From NCBI GenBank assembly GCA_044892505.1, contig CM097882.1, forward strand, positions 145,080,001 through 145,144,000: DNA of 64,000 nucleotides, written 5' to 3'. The position numbers were made by a program, and so were the translations under genes. Shown piece by piece: positions 50,628 through 63,400 of this stretch (position 1 is its first letter; each line of letters begins with the position of its first letter). This stretch comes from Schmidtea nova (lineage: Eukaryota). Below the pieces are notes generated by a model that had not been told where the DNA came from, did not search any database, and worked only from the letters and a program-made list of their open reading frames with translations.

Positions 50628-51061
50628 GACACAATAATCACACCCCTTTACAAAAAACGCTATAGCGAATGCCTCAAATAAAAATATACAAGCAAAACAC
50701 AGGCACAACATAGTAATTTGTACAGATTTTTATTTCTTTTGAAGATAGGTAATTTATGGTGTTAAATTGTAATCAAACAAACAAAACATAACAAAAAAAA
50801 CAAAACAAAACAAAAAAAAAGGTTTTATGTTAGTGTTATTATAAAAAAATGTAAACTTGGTGTGATTCCGTGAATGTTGTTTTCCTGTTTTTCGTCCAAA
50901 TGTTAACCTCCGGTTTTAAAGGGGGAAGTTGTGTTGTGTATATGAAAGTTGGAAATTTTTATTTATTATTTGTATTTATTATTTGTATTGAGTATGGTAC
51001 TGTGCATACCGGAACCCCCCCCCCCTTTACATTATTTAGGCGCTTTATGTTTGGGGTTATG

Positions 51062-51099
<38 letters not shown>

Positions 51100-51654
51100 C
51101 ATTATCATAATTATCTTTTTTCACCTTTGATCTTTTTTTATTATTATTATCAATAATTCTCATAATGACTATAGATCAAATTTTTTTTTATAAACAATAA
51201 CACAATATTTCGGCACANNNNNNNNNNNNNNNNNNNNNNNNNNNNNNNNNNNNNNNNNNNNNNNNNNNNNNNNNNNNNNNNNNNNNNNNNNNNNNNNNNN
51301 NNNNNNNNNNNNNNNNNNNNNNNNNNNNNNNNNNNNNNNNNNNNNNNNNNNNNNNNNNNNNNNTTTGAATTCATCAGCTTACTATATTAATAAACTATAG
51401 TAAGCTATGAAATCAGAAATTGAAAAATTGATTAGAAATAATAGAAGCTAACAACAATTTTTAACAAGATTTTGAAAACATAAAACTGAAGAACTAACAA
51501 AATAAAGATTTTTTCCACACTATTGAGAATATTGGATTTGTTTACCTCATATCAAAGGATAATTCAGCTGATCAATCAAGAAGAGCAAAATTATCAAATC
51601 AAAGGATAATTGTGTATATCGAATTTATTCCCCCCCCCCCGCCTAATCTTGCTA

Positions 51655-53675
51655 CACCGTGTTTCATTGGATATGGCGACCTATAATACAGGTGAATGAT
51701 ATACATCACGAGTTATTATTAGTCATTAATTCAAAATTTGTTGGAATTAGCCATTTTAAAATGGCTTTCAGGTAATTTTTGTAATTAGGATAACTTTTAA
51801 GTCTTTTATTTTGATCGCATAATGTTATGAGATCACTATAGAAGCTTTAAAAGGTTATCTTTATTCATCAATTCTATTTTTATTTAATTTTTAAATAATT
51901 TGTAGAAAATGTTTATGATATTATGGAATTATTAACATCAAAGGTAAGTAAAAATTCAATTCGAACTAATATTTATTTGATAAACACATTAATCTCCAAA
52001 TATTTCAATTTTCCGAAAACATTTAGAAAAAAATCGGCGAACATGTAAGAAAAAGTTTTCCAAATCTTTATAATCATCTTTGTTTAATTCGTCTTCAAGA
52101 GCTGTTTTCACCAAACAAAATCTGTCTTGGAAAGACATTGTGGAGAAGCCATTTGATCTTGATATTGTCTTCCTTAAACTGCATTTTATTTTGCTAAATA
52201 AACTTTCGATTGGGTTGAGGAAAGGGCTGTATGGTGGTAAATTTACAACGAAATTGTTTTCTGATATTACTCCACCATGTATTGAGGCATTATCATGAAT
52301 TAAGTGGTATCCTGTACCATCTAATTTTGAAGTTAATTCTTGAATGAAAAGTTGGTAACTTTCTTTTTTGAAAGATCCAACTATAAATTTGTGATGTACT
52401 GGTCCTTTTAAGCCAATTGCAAGAACCAGTGACATATTTGAGCCTCGGTTAGTGGGTACAATTTGATAAAGTCTTTCACCTTTCTTCTTCCTTCCCAGAT
52501 TTTGGCCTGACCATGAATTAAATCCACATTCGTCAATGTAAATTAATTTTTTGTCTTCCCAAGCTTCGTCTAAAAAGCGAGTTACATACTGTAACCTTAA
52601 CTCGAGTACGCGGTCTGAATTTCGAGCAGCTACACATGGCCTTATTTTTTTTAATGTAATTAGGTTCCTGTTCAAAAACCTAAAAATTGTCGCTCTTGAT
52701 ACTTGGCAATTAAATTCATTGAGGAATTTTCTCATTTCCTCTAAGGTTGCACCAACATTGTTTTCTACAAAATCTAACAACTTAATCCCTGTTTCTTCTG
52801 AAATTCGAGGCTTGCTACCACCTCTTGTGCTTTCTGGTAGGTGGCCATATTTTTCAAATTTATAAATTATTTTTCTTATAGAATTTTTTGTTAGGCCAAG
52901 TAAGCTTCCCAAATGGAAGTAATCTTGTTTATTTTCCTTTGCGTTTATGATTCTTGCTTTGTCGATATCTGAAATCCTATAAAAATCAAATAACTTTTTA
53001 AATATTTATTATTTCATCTTACGATTTGCGAACATTTTTTCGGATATCAAATGAAATGTGGTTGGACGATGTCCCTGGAATATCTGAAAGGCTAAGCCCA
53101 TAATAAATATTTTAATAAATAAAAAAGGTGATACCATTTTCCTAATTCATCTTCACGAAATGCCATTGTTTCCACTGAATTTTCTGAAAAACTGGGAAAA
53201 TATAAAAATTTTATGACTTAATTTACATTACTTACGATGATATTTCATCTTTTTCACGAAATGGTATTGTTTCCAGTGAATTGTCTGAAAAACTGGGAAA
53301 ATATAAATTTTTCAATACTTAAATTATAACACTTACGATGATATTTCATCATTTTCGCGGAAACTCAGTGTAGATCCATCAGATCCAATTATCGAAATTT
53401 TATTTTCCATATTTATTTTCAATTTTTCTGCTGATAAAAATTATATATGGTAGCCATATTGAATAAAACAAGACACACCCATAAAAGTTACCATCTGTTT
53501 TTTTCTATGTTTTGTGTTTGTGTGTAATTATTTTTTTTTCTTACCTTTTGTCTACGACATAATAAATCGCCATTTTCAGTAAAACAGCAATGAATTAGGT
53601 ACAGGTAGGTGTGTATTTTTCTATAATATAAGCTATTTAATTATTATAGGTCGCCATATCCAGTGAAACCTGGTG
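51655..53675 (-). mobile_element. Tc1/IS630-like DNA transposon inserted in the 3' LTR
   Basis: ~33-bp TIRs CACC..GTTTCA.TGGATATGGCGACCTATAAT; TA TSD. Confidence 0.93.
51989..53083 (-). CDS. Tc1/IS630-like transposase with intron(s); main exon 52976-51989, upstream exon 53083-53023
   Basis: IYIDECGFN, LIHDNASIH, PYSPFLNPIE. A 46-nt GT-AG intron (52977-53022) joins in frame ...RKNVRKS|ISDIDKARII. The start codon is not resolved. Confidence 0.8.
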
Positions 53676-55679
53676 TACAAACCCAATCCCTCCGGAAGTG
53701 AGCGATTACCAAATCTCACACACTCGAAGATTGTGTATATCGAATTGTATCCCCCCGCCTAATCTTGCTACAAACCCAATCCCTCCGGAAGCGAGCGATT
53801 ACCAAATTAACACCAACTAAAGTAACTTTTGTAAAGTTGAGTAGATTAAAAGTTTATTATTCTAACAGTTTTAATTGTTAATAATTATTTGATCTTATTA
53901 TTTGTTTACTTATTTATTCTCACGCACTAGAACATTACAAAGCATACACCCCGAGTGTCCCCACAATAATCGGGCTGACTCTCTCGGGCGCTTACATTTC
54001 TCCCTGTACATATTTATAACATCTGACTATAAAAAACTTTCGAGACAAGTAAATTAGCACATTAGAACATTACACTGCAGAAAAAACACTAACGTTAATA
54101 CATCCATCAATGTCTTTTCCATCATAAAATTTATCAGTACAAAAATATCCAACTCGTTATTCGCCTTCACTCTCGCAACAATTGTCACCTTATCAGAATC
54201 TACAAGTCGAATAAAAGCCAATATGAAAAAGAGAATCGTTCAAAATAATGCTCAAAACCGATAAAAATAATTACCACGAAACGAAATATGAGAACAAGTA
54301 TTGATTTATTTGAATTAAACCTCATTAAATGCATAGTTATCTAAATAATTTACTCCAGTGAACCTTGGTTTCGGGAGTCTGAAGTTCTCGAGTGAAGTGA
54401 CTCAAAAATTCGCGCGCACTTTGTTCGGGAAATTCACGCTCGAACGAAACCAAAATTCACCTTACTTGATGTCGAAAACTACTATGAATTAGAGAGTCGA
54501 TTTTAAATGATAACCGAACGAAGATACAAAAGCTGAAATCAAAAATTTATTGTGAAAATTACTTTAGATCAGCAGATTCAAATCCTTGTGAAAAATTACT
54601 GATCAAGAATTTTATTATAAAAACATTTGTATGACAGTGGATAAATTTTACGTTATTTATTTATTCGAATTATTTAGGAAAATTTATGAATTGAAAATTT
54701 TATTTATTGTGTAAACTTCATGGAAATTGCAAATTTTAATTATAAAACTAAAATTTACTTTTATAGGAATTATATCATGGAAAAATTTAAAGTGCAATTG
54801 TTTTTTTTATTCTCCTAAAAAAGTAAAAAATTATAAATTGAGTCCTTATATTAGCTTGAAAAATTAAAAAAAATTTTTATTAAAATATAAAAGGTATAAA
54901 TTGAAAAATTTATTATTACTTTATAAAATTCAAATTTTAAAAATTTAACTAAGAAGATTTATGGATACCAGAATTATTATTTTATTGTAAAATTTATTTT
55001 ATTTATGTAATTTATTAGTTTATAAACTGACCCCCACGATATCACAAAAGATATAATACACCCATACTTGCAAAGCAATACATCCATACCAATACCACAT
55101 GCAACATTTATATAAATACAATACCCACACACTACCACATTTCAATCAATACGATCTCCTATACTAGACACTATGATAAACAACACACGCACTCACCAAC
55201 ATATACAACGTGATTTCATCTAACAGTATCCACTAGCATCGTACATCCAGACAATATCCACTAGTATTCATACAATCACATCCCCTATTTAAATTCGCAT
55301 ATTGTAGTAGTATCATTTCCAACATACAATCACATACCGTCACATACAACCTCCCACATTCATACTGTTACGACAGCAAAACTCATAATAACCCATGAAT
55401 GTATTTACTATCACTACTCCTTCCATCATTCATGAAACTCCTATATCCATACCAGTTACATCAAATCATCTCACTCAACCCATACGTATAGCACAGTGCC
55501 CTCAACGTCCTAAATAAACTCACACCAATCTCACACCAGTTATAAAGGGTTATACTTTCACATGAATCATCTCATCTCATTTACACATCACCTATATTCA
55601 GTATACTACCCTCAGGAATCCTTCTCAGAACTTTTTCAGTCATAGTTATCGATAAATTTTCGTCCGTAACAGACCCTAC

Positions 55680-58602
55680 TAGGGCTAGCAAAACCGGTAA
55701 ACCGGTTTACCGGTAAAATGGTTAAAAATTATGTTTAAATTTACCGGTAATTTTCAAATAATTTACCGGTAATTCGGTAAAATTTTATGGAAATTCTGAA
55801 TAAATTATTAGTAGTATTTTTTTAAACTAAAAAGAAAAATTCTACAAAAAAGCTAACTTTTTTACATATTATAAAAAAACAGTTGAAATCGCAAAAAATT
55901 AAGAACTTTATAATGGAAAAGAATTTTGTTTTCTTAAAAAAAAATACAGCCTACTTGATTGATTTTTCTTAAATTTTCGTTTTTTAATAGAGAAAGAAAA
56001 ATATTTACATACAATTAGGATTTGTTTATGTAGTTTATTTATAATTACATTCAGTAAGTATCATAAAAAAAATTGAAAATAAACACAAAACATAACTTTG
56101 AAAATAAAGCGAATATTCTATATTTTTATTGTGCTGAGTAAGTATTTCACAAAAAGTCTTCAAAATTATATTATAGAATATATTTGTATTGTGTTCCAAA
56201 ATTTACATATTGAAATTTTTTTTAAATAAATAGCCTTACCTATGATGTCTACTGGATCCGGACAAAATCAATTGTGGAATCATTTTCTACGTACGAAAGC
56301 TGGCGATTCAGCTATATGCAATGTATGAAAAAAAAATATAAAATGCTCTGGCGGCAGCACAAGTGGTTTGCACAATCACCTTATCAGAAAACATAAAATT
56401 AATCTGCTAAAAAGAGTTCAACATGATGATGCAGAAGCTAGCTGTTCTAATATCAATACCACAACTTCCGTTACGAATGATACAAATTCTAGATCAAAAA
56501 TTTCTGATTATTTCAAAATTATTAAAACGATTGATGACTCATTTCCAGCTGTTTTAGCACGACTGACAGCACGAGATTGTTTATCATTTAAAAAGATTTG
56601 CACATCATACGATCTTCAGCAATTATTTAAATCCAAAGGATATGATTGCCAAAAGTCTCCAAAAACAATTAAGAAAATGGTGTTGCAGTACGGTGACAAA
56701 ATCCGAAAACAAATCGTTACAGAATTATCAGAAAGAATAGCCCGTGGTGAATTATTCAGCTTGACTTTCGATGAATGGACATCTCTCAAAAATCGAAGGT
56801 TTATGAATGTGAATGTCCACTCGTATGATAATGTATTTTGAAATCTCGGATTGGTTAGGATTAAAGGATCGATGCCTGCTGAAAAATGTATAACGTATCT
56901 TCAAAATACACTTAAAGAATTTAGTATTGCGATAGAAAATATAATTTCCATTACTACGGATGGGGCCGCCGTAATGAAAAAGGTAGGCAGATTACTGGAC
57001 GTAAATCATCAACTTTGTTTAGCCCACGGCATCCAGTTATCAGTAATTAAGGTGCTGTATAAAAGATCTGTTTCGGATAATATTTCCGTAGAAAATCAAG
57101 AAGTGGCTATTACTGAATTTGAACATGGTGAAGATGAAGAGGACGATGTAATGGAAGATATTGGGTTTTTTGACGTTATTGAGGATACATCAACTACTGT
57201 TTCATCAATTCAACATGAAAGTATAGGTTCAATAATAACAAAAATTCGAAAAATTGTTGTCATGTTCCGTAGATCACCAACAAAAAATGACATCCTCCAA
57301 AAACATGTTAAGGATGAATTTAAAAAAGAACTTACGCTAATCCTTGACACAAAAACACGGTGGAGCAGTATGTTGATAATGTTGGAAAGAATTTATGAGA
57401 TTAAAAAATGTGTTCGTAAGAGTCTAATCGATATCAAATCCGATATAGATTTATCAGAAAATGATCTCAATGTTGTATCAAATATAATAATGGCTTTGCA
57501 ACCTGTTAAAGTAGCTGTGGAAGCTCTCTGTTCAAGGGACACGAATCTATATGTTGCCGATTTGACAATTAGGTTCATGTTGGATGAACTAAGTAACCAA
57601 AATAATTTCTTAAGTAATGAATTGAAACAAGATTTAATATTTCGAATAAGTGAGAGAAGAACCGTATATTCTGATATATATTCATATATTCGTGAACCAT
57701 GTCCACGTACAGCTTTAAATAATGAAAATAATTATGGCGTGTTTAATACAACAAGTAAATTGGTTATGGAAAAATATATTGTAGAAATCATTCAACAATT
57801 TTTAAAAAACGATTCCGAAACTACTGAAGCTGAAGTTGTGCAAGTGTATGAAACTGAATCAACTAGTGAATCTACGGTTTTATCAGCAGTGGCGACATCA
57901 AGTCAAGCAATGTCAATGAAGGAAAAATTTTATTTAGTAATTAAAAAAAAATGATAACTATTGCTCACGAAGACATTAGTGATCCGAAGACAACATCCGG
58001 TCTTTTAAATAAAGTCAGGAAAGAAATGGCGTATTTCAAGGAACAAATTATTAAAGGAAAATATTTAAACAAACTCCAAAAGTATATTTCAGCAGTTCGC
58101 CCAACCAGTGTAGAGTCGGAAAGAGCTTTTTCTGTAGCAGGTTAAATTGGCACAAGGTACAGAACAAGTTTAAAAGACGAAACATTAAATGTAATGTGTT
58201 TTTTAAGAGCTTACTTCAATAAACAATTGATGCTCCTTGAAAAGAATTGACTATATTAATTATTTTTATTTTAAAAATGAAGTTTTCTTTATGTTTATGT
58301 TTGTTTATGTTTACGCTAAAATACAAAAATGTTTATGTATAATAAATGAATGAATTTTATTTTATTATATAAAAAAAATCTTTTTGATTGTTTAATTTAT
58401 TTATTTTTAACTAGGATGGACCTGTAAACTGATGCTGTTTTACTAATATATTCATTTGTTATGCTTTTTGTTGTTTTCAGTGTTTAGATTATTACTATTT
58501 AAGCCTTTAGAAAAAAAACCGGTAAATTACCGGTAACCCGGTAATAATTTTTTTTTACCGAATTACCGGTTTTTTAAAATATCGGTAAATTTACTAGCAC
58601 TA
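55680..58602 (+). mobile_element. hAT DNA transposon (defective)
   Basis: TAG(G/T)GCTAG termini, TTACCGG subterminal repeats, exact 8-bp TSD GACCCTAC. Confidence 0.95.
56242..58250 (+). pseudogene. hAT transposase (BED finger, catalytic core, hATC) with stops
   Basis: LWNHF...C...LHNHLIRKH; LTFDEWTS; ITTDGAAVM; CLAHGIQL; DTKTRWSS; PTSVESERAFS. Confidence 0.92.
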
Positions 58603-58929
58603 GACCCTACACTAAATTTTCCAATTTAGGAAAATTTATAAAAATAACAGATTGATATTACGGAATCCCAGTTTAAGAAAATACAGAAGCTCGAATAAAT
58701 TTCATTTAATTCCCTCGAAAACGATAATTGTTAAATAAAGATTCCTATCTGCTGCCCAAATGAGATTTAAGTTAAATTTTGCTTTTGTGGAAATCATTAA
58801 CTTTGGGGTTTAAACATAAAATTTATCAGGACCCAAAAAAATTTTTTTACTATCCCTTAAGTCAATTTTACTCACATTTTCATAGGAAACCTCGTCATAA
58901 ATACTTTTCCATCAATACCTAAATGCATT

Positions 58930-59660
58930 CAAATAAAAGAAATCATAAAATCAAAAGGCAAAAAAATTCTGTATTGATTGAATAAGTAAAATTTCCGTTT
59001 TGATGAAGACGGTGTGAATTTGCAAATAGAATTGAGCTTGGAAATTGTTAGTGATGCGAAGAGAAACATAAAAATCCAACTGCCAAGGTATGATAACTCG
59101 AGCAAGGTTCTGAGTTTTGAGGAAAATCGAGATGACAAAATGGAAGATCTAGAAGCTTAAGATTTTTTTTTGTAAATAAAACCAACTAAAATCACTTACT
59201 GCAGCAACCTTTATCATTAGCTGTGATTGCTTGCCCTGACTCCGGTTGATCCTTCAGCATGCGTATAGTCTTTCTGAAATGTTAAAATTGATGTATTCCG
59301 TATAAAAACGTAAAATTAACCTTACCATGTAGAATATTTTCCAACTCCAATGCAGGGAAATCCTATTCTAAAATTAGAATAAAAAATCGATAATTATAAT
59401 ATAAAAAATTCAATTTGTATAATATAAACTAGCCAATTAAAAGTGGTAAATCTTGTACTTACGTCTATATAGGTTTTCCTTTACGGAGCTTGTAGTCGAC
59501 GAACTCGGCCTAAGAATGCTTGAAGTTAAATTTTCTAATTTACAATTTCGTCTAAAATCTGAAATTAGAATAAAAATTCATAATCATAGCTAAATTTATA
59601 AGGTTAAATTAATATAATATTAGAAAAATCTACACCGTTGCCGTTACTAAGGCCTCGGCG
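58930..59660 (-). pseudogene. Degenerate multi-exon gene of a B-type element
   Basis: At least four short GT-AG introns on the minus strand; exon sequence similar to the 36 kb and 63 kb copies. Confidence 0.45.
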
Positions 59661-59842
59661 AGAATTCAAATGTTATAATTATCGGATTTTTAATAAAAAT
59701 ATAATTAAACTTATAAAGCAAGATAGACAATAGGATTAGGACATAAATAAAGTTAATTGCAGTTTTAAATGTTATAAAACATGATGAATTGAAAAAACTT
59801 CATAAATAATAGTCACTTAAATAAAATTAACGGCTATTAAAT

Positions 59843-59845
<3 letters not shown>

Positions 59846-59903
<58 letters not shown>
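59846..59903. repeat. (TA)n microsatellite
   Basis: Pure TA run. Confidence 0.98.
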
Positions 59904-59910
<7 letters not shown>

Positions 59911-60170
59911 CATTTTTATAGGAAGAATTAATCCCCGAATTGAGTTTGCGATGATATACTTGAGTATAAGCTTGCGAATAAAAATGGGTGCACGAAAATT
60001 CTTGTATCTTGAAATAATGCTGTGTATAATGATTGATTGCGAAAAATTAATAAATTTTTATCGATAAAATTATTTTATTTTGCTAATTTAAAATGGATAT
60101 CTGTAGTTAAATTGTGATGCTAAATAATGGCTTAAATGCGTTTTTGAATGTGAGATATTAGATTTTAGAA

Positions 60171-60959
60171 ATGAACCTCTAGCAGAAGTTGGAAGAAATT
60201 CATCGGCTGACTCTGGAAAATGCCAGACACAATCGCAAGGTGCATCAGTGTTTCGCCGAGCTGGAGAAAATGAAAGCATCAAATTCAGACGCCCTACAAA
60301 TAATGACTGTTAATAATTAAAGATTTGTTGTTGTTAAATTATATTCAAATAAAACTGCTTCCGTAATAATTTGTCTTATTCGAACAAATTTAAAATGGCG
60401 AATTAATCAATTAAATAATAACGACAATTATGCGTGCCAGCATTTATACTTATAATAATTTGACTATATAATAAAATTGATTACTTATAATACAATATAT
60501 GTTATGTATAAATTAGTTAATTAAATATCCCTAACAATGACCTCCCGGATAGAGAAATTCAGAGCTCGCTGTCGGGAAATGGAATCGACGTGGTCCGACA
60601 AAGAGACCGTCAGTAAATTAAAGAAGCAGAATCAATTGCTTCTACAACAAGCTGCTGAAGACGCGATGAGATTGCGCGCGTGCAGGGTCACGATGCGGGA
60701 GCAGGAGCTCTTGATCGAGAAGTTAAGAGTGGATAGTAGCATCATCTCTGCCATATTGCCAAAGTCACAGCTTCCACCCCAGGAATTGTTCCCAGTGAGG
60801 GTTGAGGAGGAAATCCTGACACATCCCGCTCCGGAGAAGTCTAAACATCAGAAACCCAGTAAAGGGGTTAGAGCGCGAAGAAGACGTCACCAGGAAGCTC
60901 GTCTATTGGGCCAAATCCGAAAAGAATCGACCGAAATTCTTGACTTGACATTGATTTAA
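60171..60959 (+). pseudogene. ORF-D (coiled-coil plus Arg-rich tail) interrupted by a solo LTR
   Basis: TTTTAG|AA-ATG; MNL*QKLEEI...SDALQIMT, then the insert, then SRIEKFRARCREME...; paralog of 62090-62662. Confidence 0.8.
60308..60536. mobile_element. 229-bp solo LTR
   Basis: TGTTA...TAACA termini with exact 5-bp TSD ATGAC; absent from the paralogous ORF. Confidence 0.85.
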
Positions 60960-61274
60960 ATCTGACTATGATTTACTTTGATAGAGTTGACTAATCCTAT
61001 TGCTGATAAGTAATTCTTCATCTTTAATGTTTTAGTGTAATATGCATTGTATGTATTTCCTTTTAATTATATTAAACTTTTGAATTGAGTGTTAAATTGA
61101 ATTGTTGTTTGACTGTGGAATGCGTGATGAAAATCCTTAGCGAAAACGGATAGCGATCAGTAGAGAAAGACCAATCGAGATAGATTAATAAATTCTTGCT
61201 CATGAAACCTTTATTTCGCTAATTACCGGTAAAAGTCGGTAGCTGAATCATAGAAGAAGGGACAAAATGGGCAT

Positions 61275-61640
61275 TATACCTTCTATCGGTAGCCCTTGGA
61301 CCCAGGAGATATGCGGCCAATCATAGTTTCGAATTTTCGACTCTCACTGATTGCGAATACTAACCCATTTGTTGCATTACCAACGTTACATTGTGAAGGG
61401 CAGCAAGATGGTTAATCTAATGTTTTATGTGTTGAGTTTTTGATGAGAGCCATAGCAACGTCAAGGTCATATTGACGATCAACAACCCACCAAAAGTTAA
61501 AAGTTATTATGAGCGTAAGATCTTCTATTAGCAGCTGGAACCTGTGTGAGAGAATAAAATGAGGAGTAGTTTTTTTAAACAAAGGTCACCTGCTCATTGA
61601 ATTTTTGTGCCACTGTGTACATTACCAACATCTCTTACCA
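61275..61640 (+). ncRNA. Module B followed by truncated module A
   Basis: ACCTTCTATCGGT at ~61278; GTAAGATCTTCTATTAGC at 61514; GGAGTAG, TCACCTGCTC, ATTACCAAC. Confidence 0.65.
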
Positions 61641-61644
61641 AGAA

Positions 61645-61870
61645 GTAACTGGTGGGTTGTTGATCGTCAATATGACCCTGACGTTTCTATGGCTCTCATC
61701 AACAACTCAACACATAAAACATTGAAATTACCATCTTGTTACCCGTCACTATGTAACGTTGGTACTGTAACAAGTGGGTGGGTATTCGCAATCAGTGAGC
61801 GTCGTCAATACGAAACTATGATTGACCGAATATCTCCTGGGTCCAAGGGCTACCGATGGAAGGTTTCTTG
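61645..61870 (-). ncRNA. Module B (inverted copy)
   Basis: Reverse complement alignable to 61275-61495 with compensatory stem changes (GUUGC/GCAGC versus GUUAC/GUAAC). Confidence 0.65.
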
Positions 61871-62089
61871 CCCATTTTTGTCCCCTTAATTTATCTGCTC
61901 TATCACTGTGGATCCTTCATTCGAGATTTTCATTTGAATATTTTCGTAGACTGTGATTTATTTATTAATTAATCAATGTAATTGAGTGTTTTTATCTTTA
62001 TCTTTATCCCCATGCAATCATACAAAAGAAAACTAATTGCAAACTTATAATTACATCATAAAAATAACAACATTCACTACAAAAATCAC

Positions 62090-62662
62090 TCAAAAATGTG
62101 CGTGAGTCAGGTCGATAGTCAAGTCGCCGATTTTCGAGGCCTCGACCCTCAATTGTCCCAGTATTCGCGCTTCTTGTCGGCGCTTGTTTCTAGCCCTTGT
62201 CCCTTTACTGGGCCTCCATCGTTTCGGTTTGGTTGGAGCCGCGGCTGCTGAAATTTCCTCCTCCACCCTCACCGGGAACAGTTCTTGAGGTGGGATTTGA
62301 GGTTTTGGTAGTATGGCCGCTATGATACCACTGTCCACCTGCAGTTTTTGATTGACGAGTTCCTGCTCCCGCATGGAGACCCGACACGCCCGCAATCGCA
62401 TTGCGTCCTCGGCGGCCTGTTGCATCAGCATCTGATTTTGTTTCTTCAGCCGATCCACCGTCTCCCCATCGGACCATGTCGCCTCCATTTCGCGACAGCG
62501 GGCCCGGAATTTTTCCATTCGGCCGGTCATTATCTGGAGGGCGTCTGAGTTGGATGCGCCTTTGGCCTCTAGTTCGGCCAACCGTGCGTCGACCTTTTTG
62601 TTATGTTTTGCGTTTTCCAGCAATAACGCACGGATCTCCTCGAGCTGTTGCATTAAGTTCAT
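62090..62662 (-). CDS. ORF-D, intact 190-aa coiled-coil/Arg-rich protein of unknown function
   Basis: TTTTAG|AAA-ATG; open frame; clearly similar to 60171-60959. Confidence 0.75.
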   Translation of the reverse strand: MNLMQQLEEIRALLLENAKHNKKVDARLAELEAKGASNSDALQIMTGRMEKFRARCREMEATWSDGETVDRLKKQNQMLMQQAAEDAMRLRACRVSMREQELVNQKLQVDSGIIAAILPKPQIPPQELFPVRVEEEISAAAAPTKPKRWRPSKGTRARNKRRQEARILGQLRVEASKIGDLTIDLTHAHF

Positions 62663-63039
62663 TTTCTAAAATTATGCAAGCATTTAGTAAATGTCGAACG
62701 TAGCTGCTGCACAACCATTTTATCATACAACACTATTCATAAAAATTTAATAAAACACATATTTGACCATGAATCCTCCATGGGTACGTCCACTGAGCTT
62801 CAACTCAAGGAATCAAAAGGAAAAACCTTTTATTAACACATCTATTCGAGGTATTTGGTTTTTATTGATTTTAACTAGGCTTTATTTTTTTCTAGGCTTT
62901 TCAAATCTGTATAATTTTGTATCAGTAATTGTAATTAAACTCTATTTATCCCTTATACCTAATGTCTATCTTGTTATTCTTACAGAAATTTTATAAATTG
63001 TATTTTAAATCTTTTCTAATAAATTTATATTCAAATTCC

Positions 63040-63400
63040 CACCGAGGCATTGACAACGGAATCAATCTGAACTACATTAATTTTAGGTAAATTTGATTTT
63101 ATTACTGTCTTTTAATTCCGAATATTTCCTATATTTTTTTAATTCTAAATTTAATTTTATTTTAGAAAATTCAACACGAGTCAGGATACCCCTGAAAACG
63201 ACGCCGTTCCCCCGCAAGAAAGAGAAACTATATGAACGTCTTTCAAAAAAAAAATTCAAAGATCCTATTGGCTCAATTTTATTATAGTAAGTATTATATC
63301 ATAGCTAAATTTATTGATTTGGTTTTAATTTTAGTTACAGAAGTTCCCGTTTCAAGCTGGAAATAGAGGTAAAATTTCATTATTCTTTTTCTTTTTTTCT
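63040..63400 (+). pseudogene. Degenerate multi-exon gene of the inverted B-type element
   Basis: CCCACCGAGGCATTGACAACGG motif, then GT-AG introns (~63089-63165, ~63288-63334); PRKKEKLYER-like exon. Confidence 0.45.

Larger units (their letters stand above)
41946..54074 (+). mobile_element. Full-length CsRn1-clade Ty3/gypsy retrotransposon with an insertion in each LTR
   Basis: 5' LTR 41946-46207 (holds E7) and 3' LTR 50932-54074 (holds the Tc1-like element); exact 5-bp TSD CTGCA; PBS TGGTGTCAGAAGT (tRNA-Leu type); PPT AAAGGGGGAAG. Confidence 0.93.
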
